A stretch of DNA of 64,000 nucleotides from Bdellovibrionales bacterium (GCA_965219095.1 CBDCMT010000001.1:1056001-1120000); one strand, 5' to 3'; numbered from the stretch's first letter, positions 11,595-22,655 are shown. Program-made: numbers and translations. Notes: generated by a model not told the origin, from the sequence alone.

Positions 11595-11788
11595 ATAAAA
11601 TACTATCCCACTAAAAGTGTCTAAGTTATTTTTTAACAGTTACTTACTGGCTTTAGAGAGATTAACGTTGAGAACGGAGTTACACGATTTAGTTTACCCA
11701 TTTTATGGAGTTGGTGGAGTATCACATTTTAACGTTCCATTAGGTTCAAAACCCTTTACAAATTTACCTGGGGCACAGTCTCCTCCCT
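11595..11788. repeat. left copy of a long direct repeat (target duplication) flanking IS1634
   Basis: identical to 16726-16928 except for one 9-bp unit; abuts the left TIR exactly. Confidence 0.92.
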
Positions 11789-13173
11789 CCTGACTTCGAC
11801 ACAACACAGTGAGTTAAAAAAAAATATTTCCGTTCTTTTGCCTCTAGTTTTTAGTTGAAGGAGTTATACACAGGTTTTAGGTTGTTTCTGTGGCCCCGGC
11901 CCATTTTACAAGTTTGCAAAAGTTGTTTAGCCTTTTTAAAGAATGTTTGTAAAAGTAACATCAAAGTCTAAGGGTAAAAAAAGTGTACGGATTGTAGAGT
12001 CTGTTTGGCTTAAGGGGAAGTGTGTACAAAAGACCATTCGTTCTATGGGTATTTTTGCAAGCGATAAGGAAGTTAAAAAAGCTAAGAAGTTAGCAGAAGA
12101 GTTGATCATAGACATTAAGAATCAAAGAAATCCTGTGCTTCCAGGTTGTGAGAAGCTAGTTTATGGTAGAAGGCCTAAGGAGAAGAAGAAAGAGAAGAAA
12201 AGAAAGAGTGAGAAAGATTTCCAGTTTTCAGGCAGTATTTTAGAGGAGAAAAAGCGTGTTGTTTGTGGTATTGAGAAAGTTTTTAATGAGCTTTATGCTG
12301 AGTTAGGTTTTGGAAATTTGATTGAGGGTACAAAGAAAGATTTAGAGTGGAATGATATTTTAAAGCACTGTGTTTTATCAAGAGTTTTTAATCCAGAATC
12401 AAAAAGAGGTAGTGTAGAAACACTTTTTGAAGATTTTAACCGACAGATTCCTTTAGAGAAAGTTTATAGGGCTATGGATCGGTTTCATCCTTTCATTGAG
12501 ACATCGAAGAAAAAGGTATCTGAGAACACGAGGATGTCCCATTTCTCGGTGGAATTAGTTAGAGGGCGATTTCATGTTTAAGCGACCTTTCTTTGTTTAA
12601 CAATGAGGTGGATGTTTTGCTTTATGATGTGACGACCTTGTATTTTGAGAGCTTCTCAGAGGATGAGATTCGCAGGTTTGGTTTTAGTAAAGATTGTAAA
12701 TTTAAAGAGACACAGGTTGTTTTGGCACTTATGACAAACTCACAAGGCCATCCTATAAGCTATGAACTTTTTCCGGGCAATACAAGTGAGGGGGCTACAC
12801 TGGTAGAGTCTATAAATAAGCTAAAGACTCGTTTTAATGTAAGAAGAGCTGTTTTAGTAGCTGATAGAGCTATGTTTGTAAGAAAGAATTTAGAGACTAT
12901 GGATAAGATGGGGATAGAGTATGTTGTGGCTGCAAAGTTAAAATCCCTTTCTAGCAAGAAAAAAGAAGAGGTTTTAAGTTATAAAAACTATAAGCCCACC
13001 CAAGTGGCTTGTGATACATCTCATCTTTTTTGGGTGAAAGAGCTAGAGCATGAAGGAAAAAGATTGATAGTCAGTTATTCAAACAAAAGAGCCAAAAGAG
13101 ATCAAAATCAAAGAGAGCGTTTGATCAATCGTTTGATGAAGAAAGTAAGAAACAAGGAGATTCCTGTGAGTCA

Positions 13174-16123
13174 TACCATTTCCAAAAATTAATTCGACAT
13201 TCTTTTAACGCATAGCGTCCTGGCTTTTTGATCAAACTCTGTTAAATTTTTAGAGTGTCGAAAAAAGATTTAGTTACACAAATTCAAGGGTATGATTTTC
13301 TAGCTACTTACAAAGTAGAAAGGTAACTGCTCACTCTCGTAAGTTTTTATTTAAAGCCATAGAGATGGCTTCTAAAGAAGAATACCCTCTATTTCTCATT
13401 GTTTTAACATAGCTGGTAATACGACAAAAATATTTCGCCATTTCTTCTGTTCTGAAACACCCTGACACTTTCTTTTTCACTTTAGTCATTCTTAGATCTC
13501 TTTCAGCTCTGTTATTAGTAGGATCTACGTTCTTTCTTTTAGCAAAGCACAGTATTTCTGCTTCATACTTTTTAAATCGCAGCCAAAGGTTTTGAGCTTG
13601 TGTATGCTTTATTCGTCCTTTCTTGCCATTTTTCTTAGGAAATTCTGGAAGCTCTTTTAAGCCTTTTGTAAGAATACTCCTATACCTTCTCTGAAGAGTT
13701 TCGTACTCTTTTTGAGTCAGAACTCTTGACTCTTTTTTATGAACTAACTCCACAGTCTCTTTAAGAAGTTTTTTGAGATTTGTAGCCCATTTGAATCCAT
13801 TGCTTTCTTCTATAAATTTAAGCTCTCTCAAAAGGTGAGCCACACACAAAGCATGAGTTATCTTATCATAACAAAAGTAAGGACTCCAACAATCATGCAC
13901 AAGCACTCCTGCATATCTATCCAAGAGACCAATATCTTTTATGGCTTCCCTTCCACCTGAAAGGTGGAGAAACTGCAAGACTAATTCTCCTGAACTATAA
14001 GTATGAATCCAGTAGTTTTTACCCTTAACCCTCATAGAGGTCTCATCAACATGAATGACCTCTGATTCAAGTATCTTTTCTTTCATCTGCTCTTCCCAAC
14101 TTTTAAGAAACTCTCCTAATTCAGCAATGTATCTCAACATAACTGCAGGAGAAATCATTCGACCTATAAGCCCCATGTAATGTTCCCCAACACGCTCTAA
14201 AAGACAGCATCTGAACTATAATGAAATTGATGATGGAAGCTCTAATGCCTACACCATACTGAAGAGGACCACTCATACCTTTAGGGAATTGACCTTTATT
14301 TCTAGCTCCACATGAGGGACAATCCTTAACCTCAGAAGTTACAGTATGGGTCTGAATTTCATAAAAAATATCAATCTTTTTACGCTTCTCAAGGCTTTTT
14401 ACCTCTGCTGTCTTTAAAAACATCCCACACTGAGAACACTCTGAGGGAGAGACAGTCTCCTCACTGTTTGTATCTTTACTGTTATCAAGTCTAGAACCCT
14501 TTTTCTGACTCCCACTAGCTTTCTTATTACGATTCCCTTGACGACTAAAATCTTGCGAAGGAGGAAGACCGCTGTTGCTGGAATTTTTTCGAACCTGTTT
14601 TTCTAAAAACACAACAATCAGAATGTTCACAACCTTAAAGAGAGATTCAACAATCACAGAAATCTCAGTAGGCACAGAACCTTTCTTTGCAAACTTATCA
14701 AAGTCACTTCTTATATTTTTAATCTCATTTCTGATGGAGGTCTTATTTATTGTCATTTGAAAAAAGTATTTAAAAGAAAATCTGTAAGAGCAAGACTTTT
14801 ATCTTAAAACAGGTCTAAAGTTAGGGATAACTGAACAATGTAGGTGAGCAGTTACGTAGAAAGAAGTGCCAACATCAAGATAAAACTCCAAGCTTTGCAG
14901 CATATGCAAGAAGGAAAATCGATTCAAGAAACAGCAAGTATAGTTTTCTATCACCGTCACAGTATCAAATCCTGGTTACAGTCTTTTTTTGTAGACTTTG
15001 ATTACGAGGGATTGATAGATCGAGAAGGCAGAGGGCGCAAGCCTCGTTTACCAGTGACAGAAGAAGAGAACTTCAAAATCAAGTTAGATGAAATTCAAGA
15101 CAAGAGAGAAGGAGGAAGCATAGGAGCAAAGGGAATACAGGAACTTTTAGCAAATGAATTTGACTGTTGCTATTCTCTTTCTGGGGTTTATGTTTCTTTA
15201 GACCGTCTTAATATTGTATGGATCAGTGGTCGTTCTCTTCATCCTAAAAGTTCACAAGAAGCTATGGAACAGTTTAAGGAACATTTTCCAGAAGAGGTGG
15301 AGAAAATAAAGGAAAAGATTCAGACTAATAAAATAGAGATTTGGTGGCAGGATGAATGCAGAATAAGCTCAGCAAGGTTCTTTAAGCAGGATTTGGGCAA
15401 GAAAAGGCACACGGCCTAGAGTTGTGAGGCAAAGACAATTTTTATCCACTTATATTTTTGGAGCAGTTTGTCCGGATAGAGATAAAGGCTGTGCTTGGAT
15501 CTTACCGGAATGTAATTCAGGGATGATGCAAATTCACTTAGATGAGATATCTAAAAATATTCAAGAAAACTATCATGGAATTGTTTTAATGGACAGAGCC
15601 AGTTGGCATACCACAGAGACTTTGATAGTTCCTAAGAATTTATCCCTGATGCCTTTACCTCCTTATAGTCCAGAATTAAATCCCATGGAACAAGTCTGGC
15701 AACAATTACGAAGGATCAAATTATCGAATGCATGTTTTAAAAACTATGACCATATAGTGAATACTTGTTGTGAGGCCTGGAATACTTTTTGCGATCAGGA
15801 GGGCAGGATTAAAAAATTATGCACTCGATCTTGGGCAAAACAACAAGATGAATCAAGCTTGTAAATTAATTTGAACCTATAAATTAAATTGCGTAACTGA
15901 TTTTTTTCATTTTACATCTTAACCTCACTTTTTTACACTTATTTTAACCCATCAATCGATTCACACAACAATAGATATACATAAAATAAACATATCTTAT
16001 GAAAACTCAACCTCCCTTCAAAAAAAACTTTTTTAAAGCCTCCTAATTGAAACTTTTCCTTAAGTCAATTTTAAAATTTTAAATTTGAACATAAAAATGT
16101 CGAATTAATTTCTGTAATTGGTA
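13174..16123 (+). mobile_element. IS630-family element A (frameshifted) nested in IS1634
   Basis: TIRs TACCATTTCCAAAAATTAATTCGACATT / AATGTCGAATTAATTTCTGTAATTGGTA; near-identical to 35856-37260; flanked by TCA/TCA. Confidence 0.93.
13323..14855 (-). mobile_element. IS66-family element (single TnpC-type ORF, frameshifted) nested in IS630
   Basis: GTAACTGCTCAC TIRs; 8-bp TSD GTAGAAAG (13315-13322 / 14856-14863); HVDET, VHDCW, TNNRAER motifs; ORF split near 14200. Confidence 0.93.
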
Positions 16124-16725
16124 TCAGTTGATCTCCAATCATGGGACCAAACGTTTTATTAAAGTTGACAATGTGAAAGTGAGCATAGATGAGGAGAAAA
16201 TAGAAAAAGAAGCTTTGTGGGACGGTCTTCACGGAATTATAACAAATGTTCAAAACAAGACAGCCAGTGAGCTTTTAAGTCGTTACAGAAGTCTTTGGAG
16301 AATAGAAGAGGCTTTTAGAGTGAATAAGACGACGTTAAAGATGAGGCCTGTTTATCATTGGAAAAAAAGAAGAATAGAAACTCACATTGCCATTTGTTTT
16401 TTAGCCTATGCGATCTCTTACACAATGGTTTATAAACTCAAACAAGCAGGACTTAATTTAAGCTTTGAAAGAATGAGAAAGATCTTAAAAAGAGATCAGT
16501 ACAGTATTTTAGAAGAAAAAAAGACGAAAAAACTTTATCGCCTTCCCTCAGGTTGTACAAAGGAAGTAGAAGAAATTTATAGTGCTTTTTCGCTTAAAAG
16601 AAACTCTTCTATGAGCCTCATTCCCACAACATCTGTCGACCTTTAAAAAACCCTTTCCTGTGGCCCCAAAAATTGTAACTATTTGAAATTATTCACTTGT
16701 TGCAGTGTGTTGTGTCGAAGTCAGG

Positions 16726-16928
16726 ATAAAATACTATCCCACTAAAAGTGTCTAAGTTATTTTTTAACAGTTACTTACTGGCTTTAGAGAGATTAACGTT
16801 GAGAACGGAGTTACACGATTTAGTTTACCCATTTTATGGAGTTGGTGGAGTTGGTGGAGTATCACATTTTAACGTTCCATTAGGTTCAAAACCCTTTACA
16901 AATTTACCTGGGGCACAGTCTCCTCCCT
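16726..16928. repeat. right copy of the long direct repeat flanking IS1634
   Basis: 203 bp; matches 11595-11788 plus one extra GGAGTTGGT unit. Confidence 0.92.
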
Positions 16929-17529
16929 GTAGTCCGCAATGGATGATCACTCCGTTGGAGTCTGTTGTCACAAATAGTCGTATATCATTGTTTACTACTT
17001 TATTTCCCCCACCTACTTTTAGATATTTTATTTTAAGTCTAAGCCTTACTGTTCCTCTTGCAAAAGATGGTGGAGTGGAATGAGGGAAAGTGTCAGAGGA
17101 GTTTATTGTACGAATGTTCATAACGTCGATCAAAAGAATATTGTTATTACCACCATGCCTTGATCCTGTAACAATGACTGGTCGGTTTTCCCTATCTCTA
17201 ATTCCGTCTATTTTTCTGTTATCGTAGTCACCACTCTGAGGTATAACATATTGCTCTAGACTCTCGATGTCGTTAGGGTTGTTGGTATCCTTTCTTCTTT
17301 TTGTAAATGTTTTTGTACATGCCTCTGGTTCCATCAGATATGAAAGAACTTCTCTTTTAAGATCTATTTGAGCCAACCTTGCTTCTAAAAAGTTAATGGC
17401 TATTTGCTGATTGTTCATCATTGTCATAAAGCCTGAAGTCAAAATAGAGAGGATGACTAAAGCAACCATCACTTCAATAAGAGAGAAGCCTTTAAAAGAG
17501 GTGCATTGATCTTTGATACTTGCGTTCAT
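16834..17529 (-). CDS. type IV pilin/pseudopilin-like protein (prepilin N-terminal methylation motif)
   Basis: KG^FSLIEVMVA class III signal followed by a hydrophobic helix; C-terminal Cys residues and TPPTPPTP tail. Confidence 0.88.
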   Translation of the reverse strand: MNASIKDQCTSFKGFSLIEVMVALVILSILTSGFMTMMNNQQIAINFLEARLAQIDLKREVLSYLMEPEACTKTFTKRRKDTNNPNDIESLEQYVIPQSGDYDNRKIDGIRDRENRPVIVTGSRHGGNNNILLIDVMNIRTINSSDTFPHSTPPSFARGTVRLRLKIKYLKVGGGNKVVNNDIRLFVTTDSNGVIIHCGLQGGDCAPGKFVKGFEPNGTLKCDTPPTPPTP

Positions 17530-17607
17530 TAGCTTACTTATACTATACTATAAATCAAGAAAAAATAAAAATAAAAAAAGTAATTTTTGAAATAAGTACG
17601 TTTGGTA

Positions 17608-17681
17608 TATAGTGAATACGCTTAGATTTTCCTGTCGATTTTCTAGAGAAAAACCCTGAAGACCTAAACGGAAGCACTATA
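17608..17681. mobile_element. MITE-like derivative of IS630 element C
   Basis: ends TATAGTG...CCTAAACGGAAGCACTATA match the termini of 40324-41384. Confidence 0.65.
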
Positions 17682-17709
17682 TAATCTTTTAATGTGTATG
17701 ATACGCTTT

Positions 17710-17944
17710 AAAAATTATACCCTGGAGCTTTTTGGAACGTTTATTTTTGAGACAAACATAAAGCGATCCTTGCTTTAAAAAAAAATTTGAACTCTTAGAG
17801 ATTGTAAAAGTGAAAATATAAACTTATGGATATTAAGGGCAATTTTCTTCTTGAAAAAGAGTACACATGGAAGTCTCCTGCTTATCTTGTCATAAGGATA
17901 GCTTTCTTTTATTATGGAGTATATCTTTTGGTATGATCCTAAAT
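17710..17944 (+). pseudogene. degraded paralog of the 3' part of the 10362-11351 gene
   Basis: shared blocks such as TGGAAGTCTCCTGCTTATCT and TCTTTTGGTATGATCCTAAATA, with an internal deletion; no intact ORF. Confidence 0.8.
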
Positions 17945-18134
17945 AGTCGAATCGTGAAAAATTGCCAAAAGTCTAGGTTAGTCGAACGTAAAAAAGTGTT
18001 TTTATGATTTTTTTAGATGTCATTCGGTGGAAGTTTTTTTAATCCCTAAGAAAATATCATAAAGGCTATTGACAAAAAGCTTCTCAAAGAAATGAAAACC
18101 AGTAGTGATCATTTTTAACGTGGAATTTGGGTAG

Positions 18135-18545
18135 TTAAGGCTTCTGAGTTGTAATAGCAAAACGTTTAGCACCACCTAACTTTATAACATCCATAACACT
18201 TATCACTTGTCCATGGGAGGCACGGCGGTCAGCTGAAATAATAGCTTGAATACGAGGCTTGGTCTTCACTAAAGCTTTAACATGATTTTGAAGTTGTTTT
18301 AAGTGTTTCATTCTTTTGCCGTTGAGAAACACTCTTCCACTGCGATGAATGGATACGGAAAGGGAAGAAGGGGTTAAAGTTTCGCCACTACTGGCTTTAG
18401 GGAGATCAACATTGAGAGCTGGCCTTAAGATAAGGGGTGTTGTTACCATAAAAATAATTAAAATGACTAGTATAATGTCAACAAAAGGAACAATGTTGAT
18501 TTCAGAAAGAAGTTCTTCTTGGGAAGATGAAAGTTTATAAGCCAT
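18135..18545 (-). CDS. ExbD/TolR family biopolymer transport protein
   Basis: EINIVPFVDIILVILIIFMV; I-x-AD...V-x-x-MD. Confidence 0.93.
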   Translation of the reverse strand: MAYKLSSSQEELLSEINIVPFVDIILVILIIFMVTTPLILRPALNVDLPKASSGETLTPSSLSVSIHRSGRVFLNGKRMKHLKQLQNHVKALVKTKPRIQAIISADRRASHGQVISVMDVIKLGGAKRFAITTQKP

Positions 18546-19176
18546 GAGATCTTACATCTTTCTTAGACAAAACAGAGGCTAAGCAGATATCCTTTGTGCT
18601 GTTAAGACCTTGTAAAATGTATTTGACTTGTTTTTGAAAGTAATTGTAAAAGATTCCTGCAGGAATAGCTACAAGCAATCCAAAAGCAGTTGCAACTAAA
18701 GCTTTTGAAATTCCTATCATAACAATCGTTGCCTCCCCTTGGCTTGTAGCAAGACCTTGAAAGGCCTCCATGACTCCAAAAACCGTTCCTAGAAGGCCTA
18801 TAAAAGGAGCATTAGAAGCTGTAGAGGCTAGAAAGGTAAGGTTTTTTTCTAAGAAAGGCCTTTCTTCTAAAACAAAAGAAGAAAGAAGTTCTTCTAACCC
18901 CTTTGATCCATATTGAGATGCATGCTTTAAGCCTAGATCTAAAAAACGTCCCTCTAGAGATTCCCAGTCTTTTGAAATCTTATCTAAAGACTTAAAGTCA
19001 GCTTGCCTCACACTCTCTCTAATATGGTAGTGGCTTTTTTGGCTGGATTTTTTGATTTTTTTAAGAAAGAAGTAGCGCTCAATGATAAAAGAAAGGCTGA
19101 ACACACTTATGATAAGAAGTATAATAAGGGTGAAATCATGACCATATTTAGAGATTTCAAAGAACGCTTGATTCAC
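18535..19176 (-). CDS. MotA/TolQ/ExbB proton channel protein
   Basis: APFIGLLGTVFG and GISKALVATAFGLLVAIP motifs. Confidence 0.93.
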   Translation of the reverse strand: MNQAFFEISKYGHDFTLIILLIISVFSLSFIIERYFFLKKIKKSSQKSHYHIRESVRQADFKSLDKISKDWESLEGRFLDLGLKHASQYGSKGLEELLSSFVLEERPFLEKNLTFLASTASNAPFIGLLGTVFGVMEAFQGLATSQGEATIVMIGISKALVATAFGLLVAIPAGIFYNYFQKQVKYILQGLNSTKDICLASVLSKKDVRSHGL

Positions 19177-19560
19177 TATAACTTAATTATCTCCAACCTT
19201 AAAATGCTTCGTCAAGCTATGATAAAAATGAGGGTTTAGTTTAGACTTTTATCGAGATTTTTTAAAGCCTATAATGTGAAGAGCCTGTTAAATTAAATTG
19301 TGTAATGAACTTTTTTAATTTTAATTTTAATTTTATGAATTTCTCTTGATTTTTGCTTTCATTTCAAAATAAATGCTCTAATGAATCCATGTTGTGCTTT
19401 CCGTTACCTCCTACTGAAGAAAGTTCCTATCAAAAAATCACTATTTTAGCACTATTTTATGCCATCAATAAATCAATGAGCCCTCCTTTTATGCTATGAC
19501 CCTTTATTTTTCAAAAAAATCTTGATTTTCTTCCGATTTTCCTTCATAAGTGAGGGTGTT

Positions 19561-22254
19561 ATGAAGACTATAGGTGGCTTGAGGCCTGTTTTTTGGTTTA
19601 TAGCATTTAGCTTTGTTTTTCCCCTCTCTTCTGTGTCTTTAAAAAAAGACAGCTATCTTTTTAATATTCATCAATTTCTATTTAGAGGAAAGCGCTCAGG
19701 AGAGGCCTACTTTAATAGAGATGGGTCTCAGATGGTGTTTCAAGCTGAGGGAGAAGAAGATAATCCTTTTTATCAAATCTATACCCGTGATATGAAGACT
19801 GGTGAAGTAAGGCGAATCTCTTTGGGTTGGGCAAAGACCACTTGTGCTTGGCCCCATTACCAGTCTACAGCTGAAAAACCTTATGTTTTATTTGCTTCTA
19901 CTCATGGAGAAGGTAAAAAGCTTTCTTTGGAAAAACAAAAAAACTTTCAGGCAAAAAAAAACTATGCTTGGGATTATGATTCAGCCTTTGATTTGTATGA
20001 GTATAGAAAAGGATCTTATAAGAGATTAACTTCAGGCTTAGGTTATGATGCTGAAGGGAGTTATTCACCTGATGGAAGGTTTGTTGTTTTTTCCTCTAAT
20101 GCTTGGGCTTATAGAAAGTTTTCTCGCTCCAAAGTTGATAAAAATCCTTCTTTTTATTTAGATCTTTTTCTTATGGAGCTTTCTAACAAAAAAGTATTAA
20201 GGCTTACTCATACTTTAGGCTATGATGGGGGTGCTTTTTTTAGTCCCGATGGGAAGTCTATTGTGTGGCGCAGGTTTTCTCCTAAAGGTAGAGAGTCTGA
20301 AATTTTTAATATGAAAATTGATGGTTCTGAGGTGAAACAGTTAACCCATCTCAAGACTATGAGTTGGGCACCTTTTTATCATCCTTCAGGTGAGTATATT
20401 ATTTTTACAACAGCTTTGCATGGTCATAGAAATTTTGAACTTTATGTTGTGGATGTAGAAGGAGTAAGACAACCTCTTCGCATTACTTATAATAAAGTTT
20501 TTGATGGTCTTCCTGTTTTTCATCCTAATGGAAAAGAGCTTTTCTGGGTGCAGAAAAGAAAACAAGCCCATGTTTATAAAGCGATTTGGAATCATAGAAA
20601 AGTTCAAAAAGATTTAAGATCTTCTCCTTACCGCAGAAAAAAAAAGATAAGCCAAAAAAAATTAAAAGAGTGGGTTTATTATCTAGCTTCAAAAAAGCTT
20701 AGAGGTAGAAATACAGGAAGCCTTGAGGAGAAAATCTATTCCCAAAAATTAAAAGAAACTTTTAAATCTTATGGTCTTCAAATTTTCCCCTCATCCCAAA
20801 GTGCTTTTGATGTTGTTAGAGAAAGAAAGGTTCTATCCGAAAGCTTTCTTAAATTGGAAGGAAAGGCTTTGAGACTTAAAAAACAGTGGATGCCTATAAG
20901 TGCAAGTGATTCTGTGGTTCAAGCTAAGGTGGTTTTTTCTGGTTATGGTTTAGATATTCCAAAGACTAATAAGACAAAAGCCTACCGATCCTATAAGCAT
21001 AAGGTCAAGGGCCACTGGGCTTTAATTTTAGACGGGTTACCTGAAAACTTAAGTTCAAGGCAAAGAAGTCAACTTTACCCTTACTCTCATATAGAGCAAA
21101 AGATGCTAACAGCTCGTAAGAAAGGGGCAAAAGGGCTTCTTGTGGCAACAAAAAAAGAGTTTTTTTCTCAGGCTCCTTTACACTCTGATTCTTTTCCTGT
21201 GGTCTTTATGCCACATAGCTTGATAGAAAAGTTAAAAGGAAAAAAGGTATCCTTTTATGCTAAGTTTAAAGACAAAATCACAAAGGCTCACAACACTTTA
21301 GCCTTCCTGAAAGTTAAAGGAGCTCAAAACACTGTTATTGTAGGAGCTCATGGGGATCATTTAGGCCATGGAGCTCATCCTTCGTCTTTTGACGGAGGGC
21401 TTCATTATGGAGCTGATGATAACGCTTCAGGAGTGGCTGGGTTAATGGAGTTAGCTTTTTATTTTTCAAGACCTGAGCTAAAAAATCATTTAAAGCAGAA
21501 CATTTTATTTGCCGTATGGAGCGGGGAGGAATTAGGGCTTCTTGGTTCTAGAAGTTTTGTAGAAAAGGGTTTAGTAAAGAATGTTTCTGCTTATGTGAAT
21601 ATGGATATGATAGGGCGTATGAAAGATAAACTTTATGTGCAAGGCTTAGGTTCAAGCTCTGATTGGAAGAAGATTTTAAAAAAAATAAGAATCCCTTATG
21701 CGAAGTTTTCCCTTTCCTATCATGATGATGTGTTTTTACCTACAGATACGATGAGTTTTTATGATCATGGAATTTGTATTTTAAATTTTTTCACAGGAGT
21801 TCATGAGGATTATCATAAAGAAAGTGATCAAGCTTCGAAGATCAACTTTCAAGGCCTCCTTTTTGTGACCGAAACGGTAAGGCAGGTTGTGGAAGCAATT
21901 GCTAAAAGCCCTCAAATTTTAAAATATGAAAAAAAAGAACCTATAAGACCTTACAGGTCTCAAAGACGAGTTCGTAGAAATATGGCCTTTCAAGTCTCTT
22001 TAGGAACAGTTCCTGACTATGCATATAAAAAAGCTCTTAAAATCTCATTAGTTCGCAAAAAAAGTCCCGCCTCTAAAGCAGGACTTCAAAAAGGAGATAT
22101 TATTGTAAAGTTAGGATCTGTTCAGGTAAAAAACCTTTATGATTATGTTTACGCACTGTCTCAATTAAAACCCCTTCAAAAAGTCCCTATTGAATGGTTA
22201 AGAGGTGAGTCAAAAAAGACAGCCTCCATTTTTCCAGAGCCTCGTCAGCACTAA
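19561..22254 (+). CDS. M28 family aminopeptidase with TolB-like PD40 propeller, PA and PDZ domains
   Basis: SPDG repeats; GAHGDHLG, GADDNASG, GEELGLLGS, NMDMIG, DYH; C-terminal PDZ (SPASKAGLQKGD). Confidence 0.9.
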   Translation: MKTIGGLRPVFWFIAFSFVFPLSSVSLKKDSYLFNIHQFLFRGKRSGEAYFNRDGSQMVFQAEGEEDNPFYQIYTRDMKTGEVRRISLGWAKTTCAWPHYQSTAEKPYVLFASTHGEGKKLSLEKQKNFQAKKNYAWDYDSAFDLYEYRKGSYKRLTSGLGYDAEGSYSPDGRFVVFSSNAWAYRKFSRSKVDKNPSFYLDLFLMELSNKKVLRLTHTLGYDGGAFFSPDGKSIVWRRFSPKGRESEIFNMKIDGSEVKQLTHLKTMSWAPFYHPSGEYIIFTTALHGHRNFELYVVDVEGVRQPLRITYNKVFDGLPVFHPNGKELFWVQKRKQAHVYKAIWNHRKVQKDLRSSPYRRKKKISQKKLKEWVYYLASKKLRGRNTGSLEEKIYSQKLKETFKSYGLQIFPSSQSAFDVVRERKVLSESFLKLEGKALRLKKQWMPISASDSVVQAKVVFSGYGLDIPKTNKTKAYRSYKHKVKGHWALILDGLPENLSSRQRSQLYPYSHIEQKMLTARKKGAKGLLVATKKEFFSQAPLHSDSFPVVFMPHSLIEKLKGKKVSFYAKFKDKITKAHNTLAFLKVKGAQNTVIVGAHGDHLGHGAHPSSFDGGLHYGADDNASGVAGLMELAFYFSRPELKNHLKQNILFAVWSGEELGLLGSRSFVEKGLVKNVSAYVNMDMIGRMKDKLYVQGLGSSSDWKKILKKIRIPYAKFSLSYHDDVFLPTDTMSFYDHGICILNFFTGVHEDYHKESDQASKINFQGLLFVTETVRQVVEAIAKSPQILKYEKKEPIRPYRSQRRVRRNMAFQVSLGTVPDYAYKKALKISLVRKKSPASKAGLQKGDIIVKLGSVQVKNLYDYVYALSQLKPLQKVPIEWLRGESKKTASIFPEPRQH

Positions 22255-22360
22255 CTTAAACACCATTTTTTTAGTTTTTTAGCCTATGGTCTAGGATAAG
22301 AGATTTTGATTTGAGTCCTTTTTTAAAGAAATTTATAATGGTTTTAAGGAGTTAGTGGTT

Positions 22361-22642
22361 ATGAACCGATCAGATCTTGTCAGAAATATTTCTGAAACAG
22401 CAGACATTACTTTAGTCAAAGCTGAAAAATTAGTGGATCTTATTTTTGATTCTATGATAGAGGTTTTAGAAAACAATCATCGTGTTGAGATAAGGGGTTT
22501 TGGCACTTTTGTTAATCGTTATTATAAGTCTTACGAAGGACGCAACCCTTACTCCGGTAAAATTGTTTATGTTAAGGATAAGAGAGTTCCTTTTTTTAAA
22601 GCAGGGAAAAAACTTAGGGACTTGATCAATTCTAAAAGATAA
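22361..22642 (+). CDS. ihfB: integration host factor / HU family DNA-binding protein (IHF-beta-like)
   Basis: MNRSDLV, RVEIRGFGTF, GRNP..G, PFFKAGK. Confidence 0.85.
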   Translation: MNRSDLVRNISETADITLVKAEKLVDLIFDSMIEVLENNHRVEIRGFGTFVNRYYKSYEGRNPYSGKIVYVKDKRVPFFKAGKKLRDLINSKR

Positions 22643-22655
22643 TCTTAATGCTTTC

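Larger units (their letters stand above)
11789..16725 (+). mobile_element. IS1634-family element A, disrupted by nested insertions
   Basis: 20-bp TIR CCTGACTTCGACACAACACA at both ends; transposase pieces 11943-12529, 12586-13172 and 16125-16646 carry YDVTTLYF, VADRAM and IEEAFR..K..L..RPVYHW. Confidence 0.93.

Noticed and set aside
14121..14756. Separate IS66 accessory gene or programmed frameshift
   Set aside because: The copy at 53525 reads through this point in frame, so the split is a mutation or sequencing error.
16748..17083. 111-aa ORF on the plus strand
   Set aside because: Antisense shadow of the pilin-like gene; no motif.
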